A DNA stretch of 61,270 nucleotides, from the NCBI GenBank assembly GCA_002457605.1, contig NTJT01000004.1, positions 1 through 61,270 of the forward strand, given 5' to 3'. This DNA comes from Marine Group II euryarchaeote MED-G34. Its GTDB lineage: Archaea > Thermoplasmatota > Poseidoniia > Poseidoniales > Thalassarchaeaceae. Below the pieces are notes generated by a model. It saw only the letters and a program-made list of their open reading frames with translations, was not told the DNA's origin and did no database searches. Shown piece by piece: positions 8,401-15,250 of this stretch. Each line of letters starts with the position of its first letter. The stretch's first letter is position 1. A program made the translations under genes and the position numbers.

Positions 8401-10439
8401 GCCCTAGTGCCGGTTCGATTCACCACGACATCACACTTGATCCGCAGTTGCTGAGAGACGATCCCGAATCTTTCCTTCCGGATGGTTTCGGACCGGTCAA
8501 TGTCATACTACGGTTCGGTGAGAATCTGCCGCACGAGGGTTGCGAACTCCTAGATGACGACATGCTGAGGACATCTGGAGCATGGGACCCGTGCACACAG
8601 ATCCTCAACAGCGAGCATTTCCGTAAGGTGCTGCATTTCAACGCACAGGGATTCTACCTAATTGGGCGAACAAACCTCGTGGTGGATGATCAGATTGTCT
8701 ACACCTCTGAGATCGACCAGACTACCGGCCAACCTATTGACAAGCCAATGACAGTCACCGGCCAGTTGCTTGATGAACTGGGAGGCAACCTTTCGCACAG
8801 GGCCATCCGTGTCGAGTACCAAATGCTCAACATGGAGACAGGTAGCCAGGTCTGCATACCGGGTACCACAGACAACGATGGCTTCTTCGAAATTATCTGC
8901 CCGTTGTCGGGTGTCGAGGCAGGCCAAGCCATGGTGACAATTTCTTATGATCCCTATGAGAGTCTCGATAACTGGCGCTACAAGCCTACGAACATTACCA
9001 AGATTTTCCCTGTGTTCTCCAATTCTACCATGCTGCTGGAGGAAGTCGGTCCTTTTAGGACCGATGTGGATACCTACACCTTTGCCAACGGCTCCGTGTT
9101 CCCTGTGCTTTACCTCAAGGAGTCATTCCACGTTGAAGCTCTGCTCACACAGACTAATGGCAACCCGATTGGCGGCAAATGCCTCAACATATACCTCGAT
9201 CCACTGACCAACACACGACCGATTGCCACCGCCACAACGATGGACGGAACTGGTGAGGTAGAGTGGTTCTCAGGCGACCCCGAGGACAACCCCAGCAGAC
9301 GAGGGGTCGAACCCAACGGCGAGCAGTTGGAGGGCTTTAGGACAGTACGCGTGGCCTATGAGCCCGACAAGGAACTACCGGGCGGATGCCGGGCCGAGAC
9401 CACCCCAGTGGTCAACGGATCATACATGGACGTCGAAGTCTTGGTGCGTAGCCGAGTCGATATTCTACTGAAGGAACACTGGGCTAAATCGGCGGGCTAC
9501 CAACCGGGAGAGAATATCGAAGGTGCCGTGACCATACTTCGGGATCGACTCGATCTCGCGGTAGAAGGCGAGACGGTGATATTCACCTTCCAGTATTGGA
9601 ATGGCACAGGCTGGGTTACTGGCTTCCCTCCAGAGTACGCCGTCACCAATGAACAGGGCACTGCCAACTTCACTTGGCCTGGAGAGGGCTATTCAGGAGA
9701 GAACGTGCCCGGTGAGATAGATTGCGCAGCCGGAGGGCCTTGTGTCCAGAATGGGAAATGGAGGGTGCTAGTACACTTCCAAGAATCACCGTTCTATGTC
9801 GAGGAGTTCCTCAATAGCACTCCCACCATCAAACTCGGAGACGAACCAGTGACGCAGCAGACTAGCTTCTTTACGGCCAGAGTTACAGTTGTGCTCCTCA
9901 TTGCAGTATCATTCGCGCTCTTCATCGGGGCAATCATGTATCGCAACTACGCCGAGCGCCGACGTATCGAAATCATTCGTGGCATACTGACTGACTCATT
10001 GATGTCACTCAAGGCCTCTAATGACTACATCCAGACCATCTTCAACTGCTACAAGGACCTAGTAAGATTCTTCAGGTCCAGAGGGGCGATGAAGAAGGTC
10101 TACGAGACGACTAGAGAGTTCGAGGACGCAATCAACTCGATGCTTGGAGGAATAGCGTCTCCGGAAGACCTCGACGAATTCTTCTCTATCTTCGAAGAGG
10201 CGCGATACTCCGATCACGAGATTGGTGCCGACCAGCGCGACAGAGCCATAGCAACTCTGCAATCAATTGTGAATCACCTGACCTCATCGTTGGGAGACTC
10301 AATGCTGAATAGGTCGTACTCGAACGAGTCTGGCCTATATGGCACCATCACCAAGGCCGGCGAGTTTGTAGACTCTGAGGGCCAGATCCGCATCGCCGGT
10401 ATCGATGAGGAAAACCAGAACGACGACTTCAAAATCTGA
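2448..10439 (+). CDS. Giant (2663 aa) surface protein with an N-terminal membrane anchor, TSP3-like Ca-binding repeats, a cupredoxin module, a long beta-rich N-glycosylation-sequon-rich region, a C-terminal TM helix and a DUF4129-like cytoplasmic tail
   Basis: Single uninterrupted ORF. N-terminus is RKRRNTAIAIVVLMLLSTQMY. There are dozens of D-x-D-x-DG-x-x-D-x-x-D / DDDNDG units. The cupredoxin segment ends YNYSCLLHPTMTGTVTV. The C-terminal half has many N-x-S/T sequons. The TM helix is VTVVLLIAVSFALFIGAIMY. The tail reads TTREFEDAI...FEEARYSDHEI. Confidence 0.9.
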   Translation: MDESKVMIGDRKRRNTAIAIVVLMLLSTQMYNMLNFEEEDSEESVWGAVPHRTAYQQMNQASGPMSGDTQGQPATEFAFDQASFTDPSYHDPASFYGQVSNPAALNLDPGYGFFLEETQTEDHDNDGIDDLNDLDDDNDGIVDLIERFDGCYGTDPFDHDNDGTLDEFDWDDDNDGILEGPIDYSQGADPRNVSADRYVDPDTVHPWTGTPVGIGYRVDQNPMDHDNDGITDDDTDGTGPDSYDEDDDNDGRIDQFKWPCDFDGDGFQDYFDLDDDNDGVLDLWDEHPWDSTMTNNITSTASLWESAKEWIAGATTHNVNIISTGFTPTNLNINAGDTVVWTNTDTTDHTVTHDGPAFDSFPISPGASWSFTFTTAGTYNYSCLLHPTMTGTVTVTSSGTTVSTYSQFVGGVDYVQRETLWHPRNQTFDTIIDGDLDGDGIPNFIDPDNDNDGTPDSADTDDDNDGLMDMYDVDDDNDGIPDTCYQVDTNGDGEGDYPVPYTRIEIPGIDCELDYDRDLDDDRYRPIDQDYDLVWDWLDVDMGGTPLPDNPLGGPSMFPDDIPFDLDNDGIPNEEDPFMVSTYDEVQDWNCPSLTNPNPVNSHENCVLMRKSYTGNNDWDGDGINNWEDVDDDNDGILDWLDIDEDCDFDDDNDLHMLNGSMFRDDGPNHLDTDIDGDGLPNDTDWDDDNDGISDYYDPDDGNCGIVDSDQTDPFNSQYYSHSDGDPIDGSDDGGIYSHDVAHFFFWNQTWMFNPFSLDNNFVLDYNGYDNNNGTITNGKVPEMYWYVINKWSPYNGDNYFDIDLDGDSLVNGIDTDQDGDGLPDWWDQDEGNDGVLDVDDIKMGGTFDDGTCGSSLVWAVIQQAVAEHACGLAYAWLYGYPLQGATQTQQTVYTAPYSTRPDHQFDEGAYNGSNSQGQWTCIKNCFWFDFFGNQDVGPSSAVTYNQIKNNRDLWVAYVGVNFGLFQWNSDGNANMFPDEVADLLNNDVDPDDDCGAPIAGNMNPQCMFNDTADLDDDFDGIYDHWDIDDDNDGIWDYFEVDTDDDWDDDASTEPDGSFFIGTNCEDNDDDGTDTDPDGDGWFQAVWDKGVLGQGLLHPKYYDVDNDNDGVPDGEDPDDDNNGLLDIDQELLCFTGEEQSPWDHDNDGVLDWADDDWDGDGLVNILEQASATPWITPWDHDNDGLRDDVDLDDDSDGMLDEDEVMLWPSRFDSESTNPWDHDDFGDGTGIANPADPNTGPDAIDQDDDADNRTDIDWDHLEEGWTSDNCTNGAESSDWDHDNDCILDEDDKIPTRISMTVPEVLWLDNRFPAKFNGTVNWLDPVQGVFMPASDLPVQVHIEWSRNGTTAIETVNVLTNQDGDFVVGQFLFPEDIHVGDNTTYVVYAEVTEMFVHDGSTTEPVPVEVRANTTIDYVAWTYFRSDEQPLFVDFKVHYTADWERGIFGNRLSHAPVSFTISGGIFGNSTHPTVFDGYGYGYRADMGGWVSLTFVQTSGSQGVWKQVQWNSTMDNGVGKVPGGYQEIVWDNFSKTHNVIGRYNYTNTSLPIGDYAFVGYSRPDLGAEWPWPFLEGDNTDSFAIRSMHRMYVEADIITPSIRPVYFWDSTQFTGSSFGAWRALFHTPSLVNAGIDYADASLGKPYALQWDGTPGGLTGQAATLRPFLNSNGTHWFISMQNGGDFNVPPCGPVDPLDPDSAVRCEIVPEMFTGEEFRVIGTVWNRTMTAWPHDPMALQVDVDHNGVFAGAQETGFARVPQMVNGEATFDYNWTWYSQYSAGVFGIRADFTNSNYYFTGNQTAVLAPTGAYANVSVIGTTDFQLNNVPRLYRGQNTTIEARLIDNAYQPVRDAPVNFTWSADGTNDLAVTDHNGVFSVNLTIDKQHELGNFTLSYSYPGDPIRQGSSSEVHLWVVSRTLITLQSATSGAMSSGDIWEFSGQVTDDNRTPDPTVFDAGQALDGCGDNGGEVLIIFEGTDFEDRTHRQIVEVACPSAGSIHHDITLDPQLLRDDPESFLPDGFGPVNVILRFGENLPHEGCELLDDDMLRTSGAWDPCTQILNSEHFRKVLHFNAQGFYLIGRTNLVVDDQIVYTSEIDQTTGQPIDKPMTVTGQLLDELGGNLSHRAIRVEYQMLNMETGSQVCIPGTTDNDGFFEIICPLSGVEAGQAMVTISYDPYESLDNWRYKPTNITKIFPVFSNSTMLLEEVGPFRTDVDTYTFANGSVFPVLYLKESFHVEALLTQTNGNPIGGKCLNIYLDPLTNTRPIATATTMDGTGEVEWFSGDPEDNPSRRGVEPNGEQLEGFRTVRVAYEPDKELPGGCRAETTPVVNGSYMDVEVLVRSRVDILLKEHWAKSAGYQPGENIEGAVTILRDRLDLAVEGETVIFTFQYWNGTGWVTGFPPEYAVTNEQGTANFTWPGEGYSGENVPGEIDCAAGGPCVQNGKWRVLVHFQESPFYVEEFLNSTPTIKLGDEPVTQQTSFFTARVTVVLLIAVSFALFIGAIMYRNYAERRRIEIIRGILTDSLMSLKASNDYIQTIFNCYKDLVRFFRSRGAMKKVYETTREFEDAINSMLGGIASPEDLDEFFSIFEEARYSDHEIGADQRDRAIATLQSIVNHLTSSLGDSMLNRSYSNESGLYGTITKAGEFVDSEGQIRIAGIDEENQNDDFKI
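2811..6318 (+). repeat. Coding array of thrombospondin-type-3-like acidic Ca-binding repeats (DxDxDGxxDxxD, DDDNDG)
   Basis: gacgacgacaacgatgg-type nucleotide strings recur throughout. The peptide motifs DHDNDG, DDDNDG and DTDxDGxPD repeat more than 30 times. Confidence 0.85.
3396..3634 (+). other. Cupredoxin (plastocyanin/amicyanin-like) domain inside the giant protein
   Basis: HNVNIISTGFTPTNLNINAGDTVVWTNTDTTDHTVTHDG...GTYNYSCLLHPTMTGTVTV. It shows the His...Cys-x2-His-x2-Met spacing of type-1 copper sites. Confidence 0.7.
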
Positions 10440-10448
10440 TTGAATATT

Positions 10449-10547
10449 CTCGGGGTGCTGCTCCGTTAATGGGAGGCGCGGCCTTCCGCCCCTTCGGGGC
10501 GCCCCGTAGCATTCATAACAGCGCCTCGGGTGGCCGCGCTACCCGAG
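10449..10547 (+). other. GC-rich multi-stem structured element between the giant gene and the r-protein operon (terminator, leader or small RNA)
   Basis: Nested complementarities: ctcggg (10449-54) with cccgag (10542-47), gcgcggcc (10476-83) with ggccgcgc (10532-39), and cgcccc-ttc-ggggcg (10487-10501). Confidence 0.3.
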
Positions 10548-10565
10548 TAACGTCGAGGGAGTCAT

Positions 10566-10931
10566 ATGAGTATGAACACGAGAAAGACCAATCAGGCCCT
10601 GGTCACCTTAATCGGTGATCTCAAGGACCACAGCAGGTCTACCGGTTCTGCACTGTGGCGAGACGTGGCTGCCAGACTTGAGAAGAGTCGCAGCAACTGG
10701 GCTGAACCTAACCTGAGCCGACTATCGCGACATGCTGCTGACGAGGATACTGTACTCGTTCCCGGCAAGTTGCTGGGAAGTGGTGATGTGTTGGGTAAGC
10801 CTAACGTCGCCGCCTACAGTGTCAGTTCTGGAGCCCGCTCTAAGATAGAAGCAGCAGGCGGACGCGTAATGTCGATCCGCGAATTGATGGATGAGAACCC
10901 TAAGGGGAAAGGGGTGAGGATACTTGGCTGA
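10566..10931 (+). CDS. rpl18e: 50S ribosomal protein L18e
   Basis: 121 aa. The sequence KTNQALVTLIGDLK...ALWRDVAARLEKSRSNWAEPNLSRLSRH...VLVPGKLLGSG...SGARSKIEAAGG is a typical L18e layout, in the canonical position before L13. Confidence 0.9.
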   Translation: MSMNTRKTNQALVTLIGDLKDHSRSTGSALWRDVAARLEKSRSNWAEPNLSRLSRHAADEDTVLVPGKLLGSGDVLGKPNVAAYSVSSGARSKIEAAGGRVMSIRELMDENPKGKGVRILG

Positions 10932-11409
10932 GGCATCAACACTAGTTTACGACGCCACGGATAAGATCCTTGGCCGTTTAGCCAGCCTTGTGGCCAAGCA
11001 GTTGATTTCAGCTCGTAAGGCGGGCCACGAGCAACGCGTCATCATCTACAATGCGGAACACGCAGTGGTTTCAGGACCCAGAACAAGGGTTCTTGCCAAC
11101 TACGGCGGTAAGTACAAACTCAATCACCCTAGGAAGGGACCGTTCTATCCGAGGATGCCCGACCAGATACTCAAGAGAACTGTTCGCGGCATGCTGCCAT
11201 ACCAGAAGAACAGCAGCGGACGCGGCGCGCTACGTGACCTCAGGGTGATGATTGGCAAACCCACTAACCTAGCAGGTGAGGAACTCCCCGACGGTCACGC
11301 GTGGGGCGACACAGTGTCTATCGACAAACCACTTCCACTCAAGTTCGTCCGACTCGGTGAGATAAGCTCTTCACTGGGTGTCGATGCATCCCGATGGGAG
11401 GGCAACTGA
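10924..11409 (+). CDS. rpl13: 50S ribosomal protein L13 (uL13)
   Basis: The motifs [20 protein letters not shown] and [11 protein letters not shown] are L13 hallmarks. The apparent start is TTG at 10924, overlapping rpl18e by 8 nt. There is no in-frame ATG before the conserved N-terminus. Confidence 0.85.
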   Translation: MAEASTLVYDATDKILGRLASLVAKQLISARKAGHEQRVIIYNAEHAVVSGPRTRVLANYGGKYKLNHPRKGPFYPRMPDQILKRTVRGMLPYQKNSSGRGALRDLRVMIGKPTNLAGEELPDGHAWGDTVSIDKPLPLKFVRLGEISSSLGVDASRWEGN

Positions 11410-11410
11410 A

Positions 11411-11851
11411 ATGGCCAAGAAGCCGAAAGGAAAGATTTCCGTCAATATGAGTGGCAAGCGCAAGACCGCTGTTGCCCGTGCCACCGTGCGAAAGGGCAAG
11501 GGACGCGTCCGAATCAATAGCAAACCAATCCACATTATCGAGCCAGAACTCGCTCGTCGCAAGGCACTGGAGCCTGTGCAAATTGCCGAGGCCATGGACC
11601 GCCTAGCAAACGCTGATGTCGAAGTAGACGTTCAAGGCGGCGGCCAGATGGGACAAGTCGATGCAATCCGCACGGCTATTGCCCGAGGACTGGTAAAGTG
11701 GAACGGTGGTGCTGAGGGCGATGATGAGGAATTGCGTGACGAGTATCTGAGGTTCGACCGTAGCCTACTCGTCAATGATCCACGTCGTAAGGAGCCGAAG
11801 CATCAAATGGGACGCGGTGCTCGAAAGAAGTGGCAGAAGTCGTATAGGTGA
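11411..11851 (+). CDS. rps9: 30S ribosomal protein S9 (uS9)
   Basis: [26 protein letters not shown] ... [22 protein letters not shown]. Start set to the ATG at 11411, 1 nt after the rpl13 stop. Confidence 0.9.
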   Translation: MAKKPKGKISVNMSGKRKTAVARATVRKGKGRVRINSKPIHIIEPELARRKALEPVQIAEAMDRLANADVEVDVQGGGQMGQVDAIRTAIARGLVKWNGGAEGDDEELRDEYLRFDRSLLVNDPRRKEPKHQMGRGARKKWQKSYR

Positions 11852-11858
11852 TGATAGA

Positions 11859-12065
11859 ATGTTGATTCCAGTAAGGTGTTGGAGCTGTGGCAAGGTGATT
11901 GCCCACGTCTACGAGCAGTACAAGCAGGCAGTCGAGAGTGGCGAGGATGCTCAGAGTACCCTTGAGAATCTAGGTATCGAGAGATACTGCTGCAGGAGGA
12001 TGTTCGTAGGTCACGTAGATCTCCTCGATGAGGTTGCCCCATTCAGCATCGCCAGAGAGCAATAG
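11859..12065 (+). CDS. rpoN: DNA-directed RNA polymerase subunit N (Rpo10/RpoN)
   Basis: MLIPVRCWSCGKVIAHVYEQY...LGIERYCCRRMFVGHVDL is the classical Rpo10 Zn-binding fold sequence. Start set to the ATG at 11859, giving 68 aa. Confidence 0.9.
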   Translation: MLIPVRCWSCGKVIAHVYEQYKQAVESGEDAQSTLENLGIERYCCRRMFVGHVDLLDEVAPFSIAREQ

Positions 12066-12112
12066 TACCCGACAGGGCTTTGACCAATTCCCCCCTCGCT
12101 TTGAGAGCCCAA

Positions 12113-12190
12113 GGGCCTGTAGGTTAGTTTGGCCTATACTTCGCGGCTGGGGGTCGCGCGACCCAGGTTCAAATCCTGGCAGGCCCACCA
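12113..12190 (+). tRNA. tRNA-Pro, anticodon GGG by hand fold, with genomically encoded CCA
   Basis: Acceptor GGGCCTG/CAGGCCC. U8, A14, G18G19 and A21 are present. Anticodon stem is CGCGG/TCGCG with loop CTGGGGG (U33, G37). T arm is CCAGG-TTCAAAT-CCTGG, followed by discriminator A and CCA. The variable loop is 4 nt in my fold. Confidence 0.8.
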
Positions 12191-12225
12191 CTTTCATCCC
12201 AATCTTCCTCATGTTGCCCAAAAAT

Positions 12226-12244
12226 AGGAGCCCGTAGGGCTCCT
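12226..12244. terminator. Perfect 8-bp hairpin AGGAGCCC-gta-GGGCTCCT downstream of tRNA-Pro
   Basis: Seen directly. The T-run (aaaaat on the plus strand) lies on the side expected for a minus-strand terminator, so its function is unclear. Confidence 0.3.
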
Positions 12245-12283
12245 AAACCGCAAGTTGAAGGCACTAGGCCACCTTCGTGCACC

Positions 12284-14422
12284 ATGGCAGCGGAGCGGCC
12301 TAGCGAAGGCGGCGAGCAGACGCTCGTGGATTGGCTAGCCGAGCAGATAGCACACCACTCGCACCTTTACTACAACGAGGCTAGTCCTGAGATAACGGAT
12401 GCCGAGTTCGACAAGCTCTGGGATGAATTGAGCAGGCTAGCCCCTGAACATCCCCAATTGAAGAAGGTCGGCTCGGACCCTCCACCTGGTTCTGTCAAGG
12501 TGAATCACTTGTTCGTGATGCGTAGTCTTGACAAGTCGAGCACCGAGGAAGAGGTCAAACACTTCGTCGCCGAGACCACTGCTCAGAGCCGCAGGTTCGT
12601 GTGCCAGCCCAAATTGGATGGCTCCGCACTGTCTCTGGAATATCGTAGGGGCCGTTTGGTCAGAGCAGCTACCAGGGGGAGCGGGACTCGGGGTGAAGAC
12701 GTGACAGCAAACGTCCGCAGAATCCCGAATGTCCCGGAATCCATTGACTGGGGTGGCGACTGCCACATCAAGGGAGAAGTGGTAATGCCGTTACAGACTT
12801 TCAGAGAAAGCTACGCTGAGATAGCGCCGAACCCTAGGAATCTCGCTGCTGGCTCACTCAGGCAGAAGCACATTGAGGCTGGCAAGGGCAGAGCCGAGGA
12901 CCTCCTCTTCCTCGCTTACGGTGCTGAGTTTCCAGCTATTGGCCCAAGGCACCCAGACAGCCCCGATCCACCAGTGTTCGAGTACGATTCCGAGGTAATT
13001 TCGTGGTTGCAGACAGAGGGCATCGAGGTAGCCGGAAACGAAGTCGTAGGTGGCTCCGATGATGACTCAACCAGTGCGGCGATAATGTCGGTCGTACAGA
13101 GATGGACCGAGGGAAGAGACGCCGCTGATTGGGAGATTGATGGCGTCGTTGTCAAACTCGACAGACTGGACAAGCGAGAAATCCTCGGCATGACCGCGCA
13201 CCACCCGCGTTGGGCCCTAGCATGGAAGTTCCCTCCAGAGGAGGCTACCACTGTGTTAATGGATGTCGAATGGCAGACTGGGAGGACAGGAAACGTGACC
13301 CCTGTCTCCAGAGTGGCCCCAGTAAGGGTATCGGGAGTAACTGTGGAGAACACCACTCTGCACAATAAGGGCGAGGTGGAACGACTCGAGATTATGGTCT
13401 CAGACAAAGTTAGGGTGGTCCGCAGAGGGGATGTCATTCCCAAAATTGTGGAAGTGCTCGGACCTGCTAGCGTTACCGATCTCGAAGGTCGGCGACACTC
13501 CGACGGACAACCGTTTGCAGAAGCGTTGCCTGAGCGCCAACCTGTCATTATTCCAGTTGAGTGCCCGCGCTGCGCAACTCCTTTGATTGAAGATGGAGCT
13601 TTCATCCGATGCACAAACCTCGATTGCCCATCGAGACTAGAGAGGACAATTCTGTACTGGTGCAGGCACCTCGAGATGGATGGGATAGGCGAGAAACTGG
13701 CCGAACAACTCTGCGTAACAGGACTCGTCAGGACATTAGCCGACCTGTACAAACTCACTCATCAGGATATCGCGGGATTGGAAAGGATGGCTGATAGGTC
13801 AGCTAGTAACGTAATCGATGAACTAGAGGCCAGTCGGAGTATGACTCTCAGCACTTTCATCGCAGCACTAGGGTTGCCGAGGATAGGGCCCGAGATATCC
13901 TCAGTCATCGCGACGGAGGTAGGCAATCTCGAAACTCTTCTCGAACTGGTCGAGAAGAAAGACGAGGAAGCGGGCATGGGTGTTGATGGCAAACCGAACA
14001 AGTACAACGCGGCGATTAACCGTCTCATTTCCATCGACAGGGTAGGAGAGACGGTCGCGAGACTCCTCCTTGATGGTCTGGACACCCGTTCGACCATAGT
14101 GGAAGAACTCAGCCTAGAACTTGACATCACCGAGGAGTCGCCCAAGCAGGAGGCTGGTCCCCTGCGGGGTCTGACATTCTGTATCACAGGGGCCCTCAGT
14201 CGTCCGAGGAAAGAGATCGCCATATACATCAAGATAGCAGGTGGTAAGGTGGTGTCATCAGTCTCCGGGAAGTTGGACTACCTAGTTGCAGGGGAATCTG
14301 CAGGTTCCAAACTCGACAAGGCCAATAGACTCGGTGTCGAGGTCCTCTCGGAGTCCGAACTAGCTGAACTGATAGGGATGAACGCTCCTTTCGACCCCCA
14401 GAGTTCGCTGGTTGACTTCTAA
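12284..14422 (+). CDS. ligA: NAD+-dependent DNA ligase LigA
   Basis: 712 aa. N-terminal Ia-like region is HHSHLYYNEASPEITDAEFDKLWDEL. Adenylation motif is CQPKLDGSALSL. The OB region is present. The Cys4 Zn finger is CPRCATPL...CTNLDCPSR. HhH repeats are present. The C-terminal BRCT is LTFCITGALS...GGKVVSSVSGKLDYLVAGESAGSKLDKA. Confidence 0.92.
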   Translation: MAAERPSEGGEQTLVDWLAEQIAHHSHLYYNEASPEITDAEFDKLWDELSRLAPEHPQLKKVGSDPPPGSVKVNHLFVMRSLDKSSTEEEVKHFVAETTAQSRRFVCQPKLDGSALSLEYRRGRLVRAATRGSGTRGEDVTANVRRIPNVPESIDWGGDCHIKGEVVMPLQTFRESYAEIAPNPRNLAAGSLRQKHIEAGKGRAEDLLFLAYGAEFPAIGPRHPDSPDPPVFEYDSEVISWLQTEGIEVAGNEVVGGSDDDSTSAAIMSVVQRWTEGRDAADWEIDGVVVKLDRLDKREILGMTAHHPRWALAWKFPPEEATTVLMDVEWQTGRTGNVTPVSRVAPVRVSGVTVENTTLHNKGEVERLEIMVSDKVRVVRRGDVIPKIVEVLGPASVTDLEGRRHSDGQPFAEALPERQPVIIPVECPRCATPLIEDGAFIRCTNLDCPSRLERTILYWCRHLEMDGIGEKLAEQLCVTGLVRTLADLYKLTHQDIAGLERMADRSASNVIDELEASRSMTLSTFIAALGLPRIGPEISSVIATEVGNLETLLELVEKKDEEAGMGVDGKPNKYNAAINRLISIDRVGETVARLLLDGLDTRSTIVEELSLELDITEESPKQEAGPLRGLTFCITGALSRPRKEIAIYIKIAGGKVVSSVSGKLDYLVAGESAGSKLDKANRLGVEVLSESELAELIGMNAPFDPQSSLVDF

Positions 14423-15219
14423 CCATACATTGAGCCAGGAGCATCTCCAGTCTCACTGGGCGGGTTCAGATGCAAGGCCATCATCTCACGGATTTCGCCC
14501 TCAATTCTCTGTGCCTCTGCCAACAGCGGCTCGGGATCGAGGTGCACAGCAGGAAGTAGGTCGTCGAGGCACTCGATGATACGAGCCGCCGCTCTGGCAT
14601 CTGGCATACTACCGCCAATCTCGCCGTCGGACTCTGCAAGGATTGTCATCACGTCAATCTCTCTTCTCCTGCCTTCTCCCATCATGACTCCAGTGATGCC
14701 CCCGACAACGCCCTGTTTCAGCAGTGGCACCCCGAGCTCCTTCAGAGTACTACGCGAGGCATCGGTGGAACCTATGCCGAGAATGGTTTCTTCACTCCGG
14801 TCATCGTCAAAGATAGAGTGCTGCTGTCCAATTCCTTGTGCGTACGAGTCGATTAGAATAGTCGCCCCTACCCCATTCTCCGTGCACCAATCGAGTAGAG
14901 TGTCGGCCAGAGGTAGATTCAGTTCCGGGATGACTTGTATCTCAGATGCTATCAGAACCACCTTGTCGCACCTCTCCATAGTGCAGAGCGGCTCCCCTGA
15001 GTAGAATCTCATCGGCGGCAATGGCTTACCGTTTTGGACTAAGCATACAGGAGGGAGTTTGGGGTGTCTGACACCTCCGACTAACTCTAGATCTAACTTG
15101 TCGACAAGATAGTGCGCCACGATGCTACTGACAAAACCAATAGATGGGAAGCAATTGACAACTAGGGCACCAGCTGCATTAATCTTCGAGTCTACCTCTA
15201 CCTTCGGTGGCTCCGTCAT
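14419..15219 (-). CDS. PAC2-family protein (archaeal PbaA/PbaB-like proteasome assembly chaperone homologue)
   Basis: 266 aa. The N-terminus GALVVNCFPSIGFVSSIVAHYLVDKLDLELVG is typical of PAC2/COG1938. The extreme C-terminus ...SMYG fits the HbYX (hydrophobic-Tyr-X) proteasome-docking motif. Confidence 0.7.
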   Translation of the reverse strand: MTEPPKVEVDSKINAAGALVVNCFPSIGFVSSIVAHYLVDKLDLELVGGVRHPKLPPVCLVQNGKPLPPMRFYSGEPLCTMERCDKVVLIASEIQVIPELNLPLADTLLDWCTENGVGATILIDSYAQGIGQQHSIFDDDRSEETILGIGSTDASRSTLKELGVPLLKQGVVGGITGVMMGEGRRREIDVMTILAESDGEIGGSMPDARAAARIIECLDDLLPAVHLDPEPLLAEAQRIEGEIREMMALHLNPPSETGDAPGSMYG

Positions 15220-15250
15220 GTCACGTAATCCCAGCCAATGCTGTTAACCG

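Noticed and set aside
10440-10565. Possible tRNA or C/D-box sRNA in the GC-rich spacer
   Set aside because: There is no GTTC(G/A)A(A/T)TC T-loop, no cloverleaf, and no RUGAUGA/CUGA boxes. It is kept only as an unclassified structured element.
11970-12237. ORFs of 69-83 aa on both strands (11970-12221 on the minus strand, 12028-12237 on the plus strand)
   Set aside because: They overlap the tRNA-Pro gene and its flanks, so I treat them as spurious.
12916-13758. 280-aa minus-strand ORF
   Set aside because: It is entirely antisense to the well-supported ligA gene. It is S/T/R-rich with no motif.
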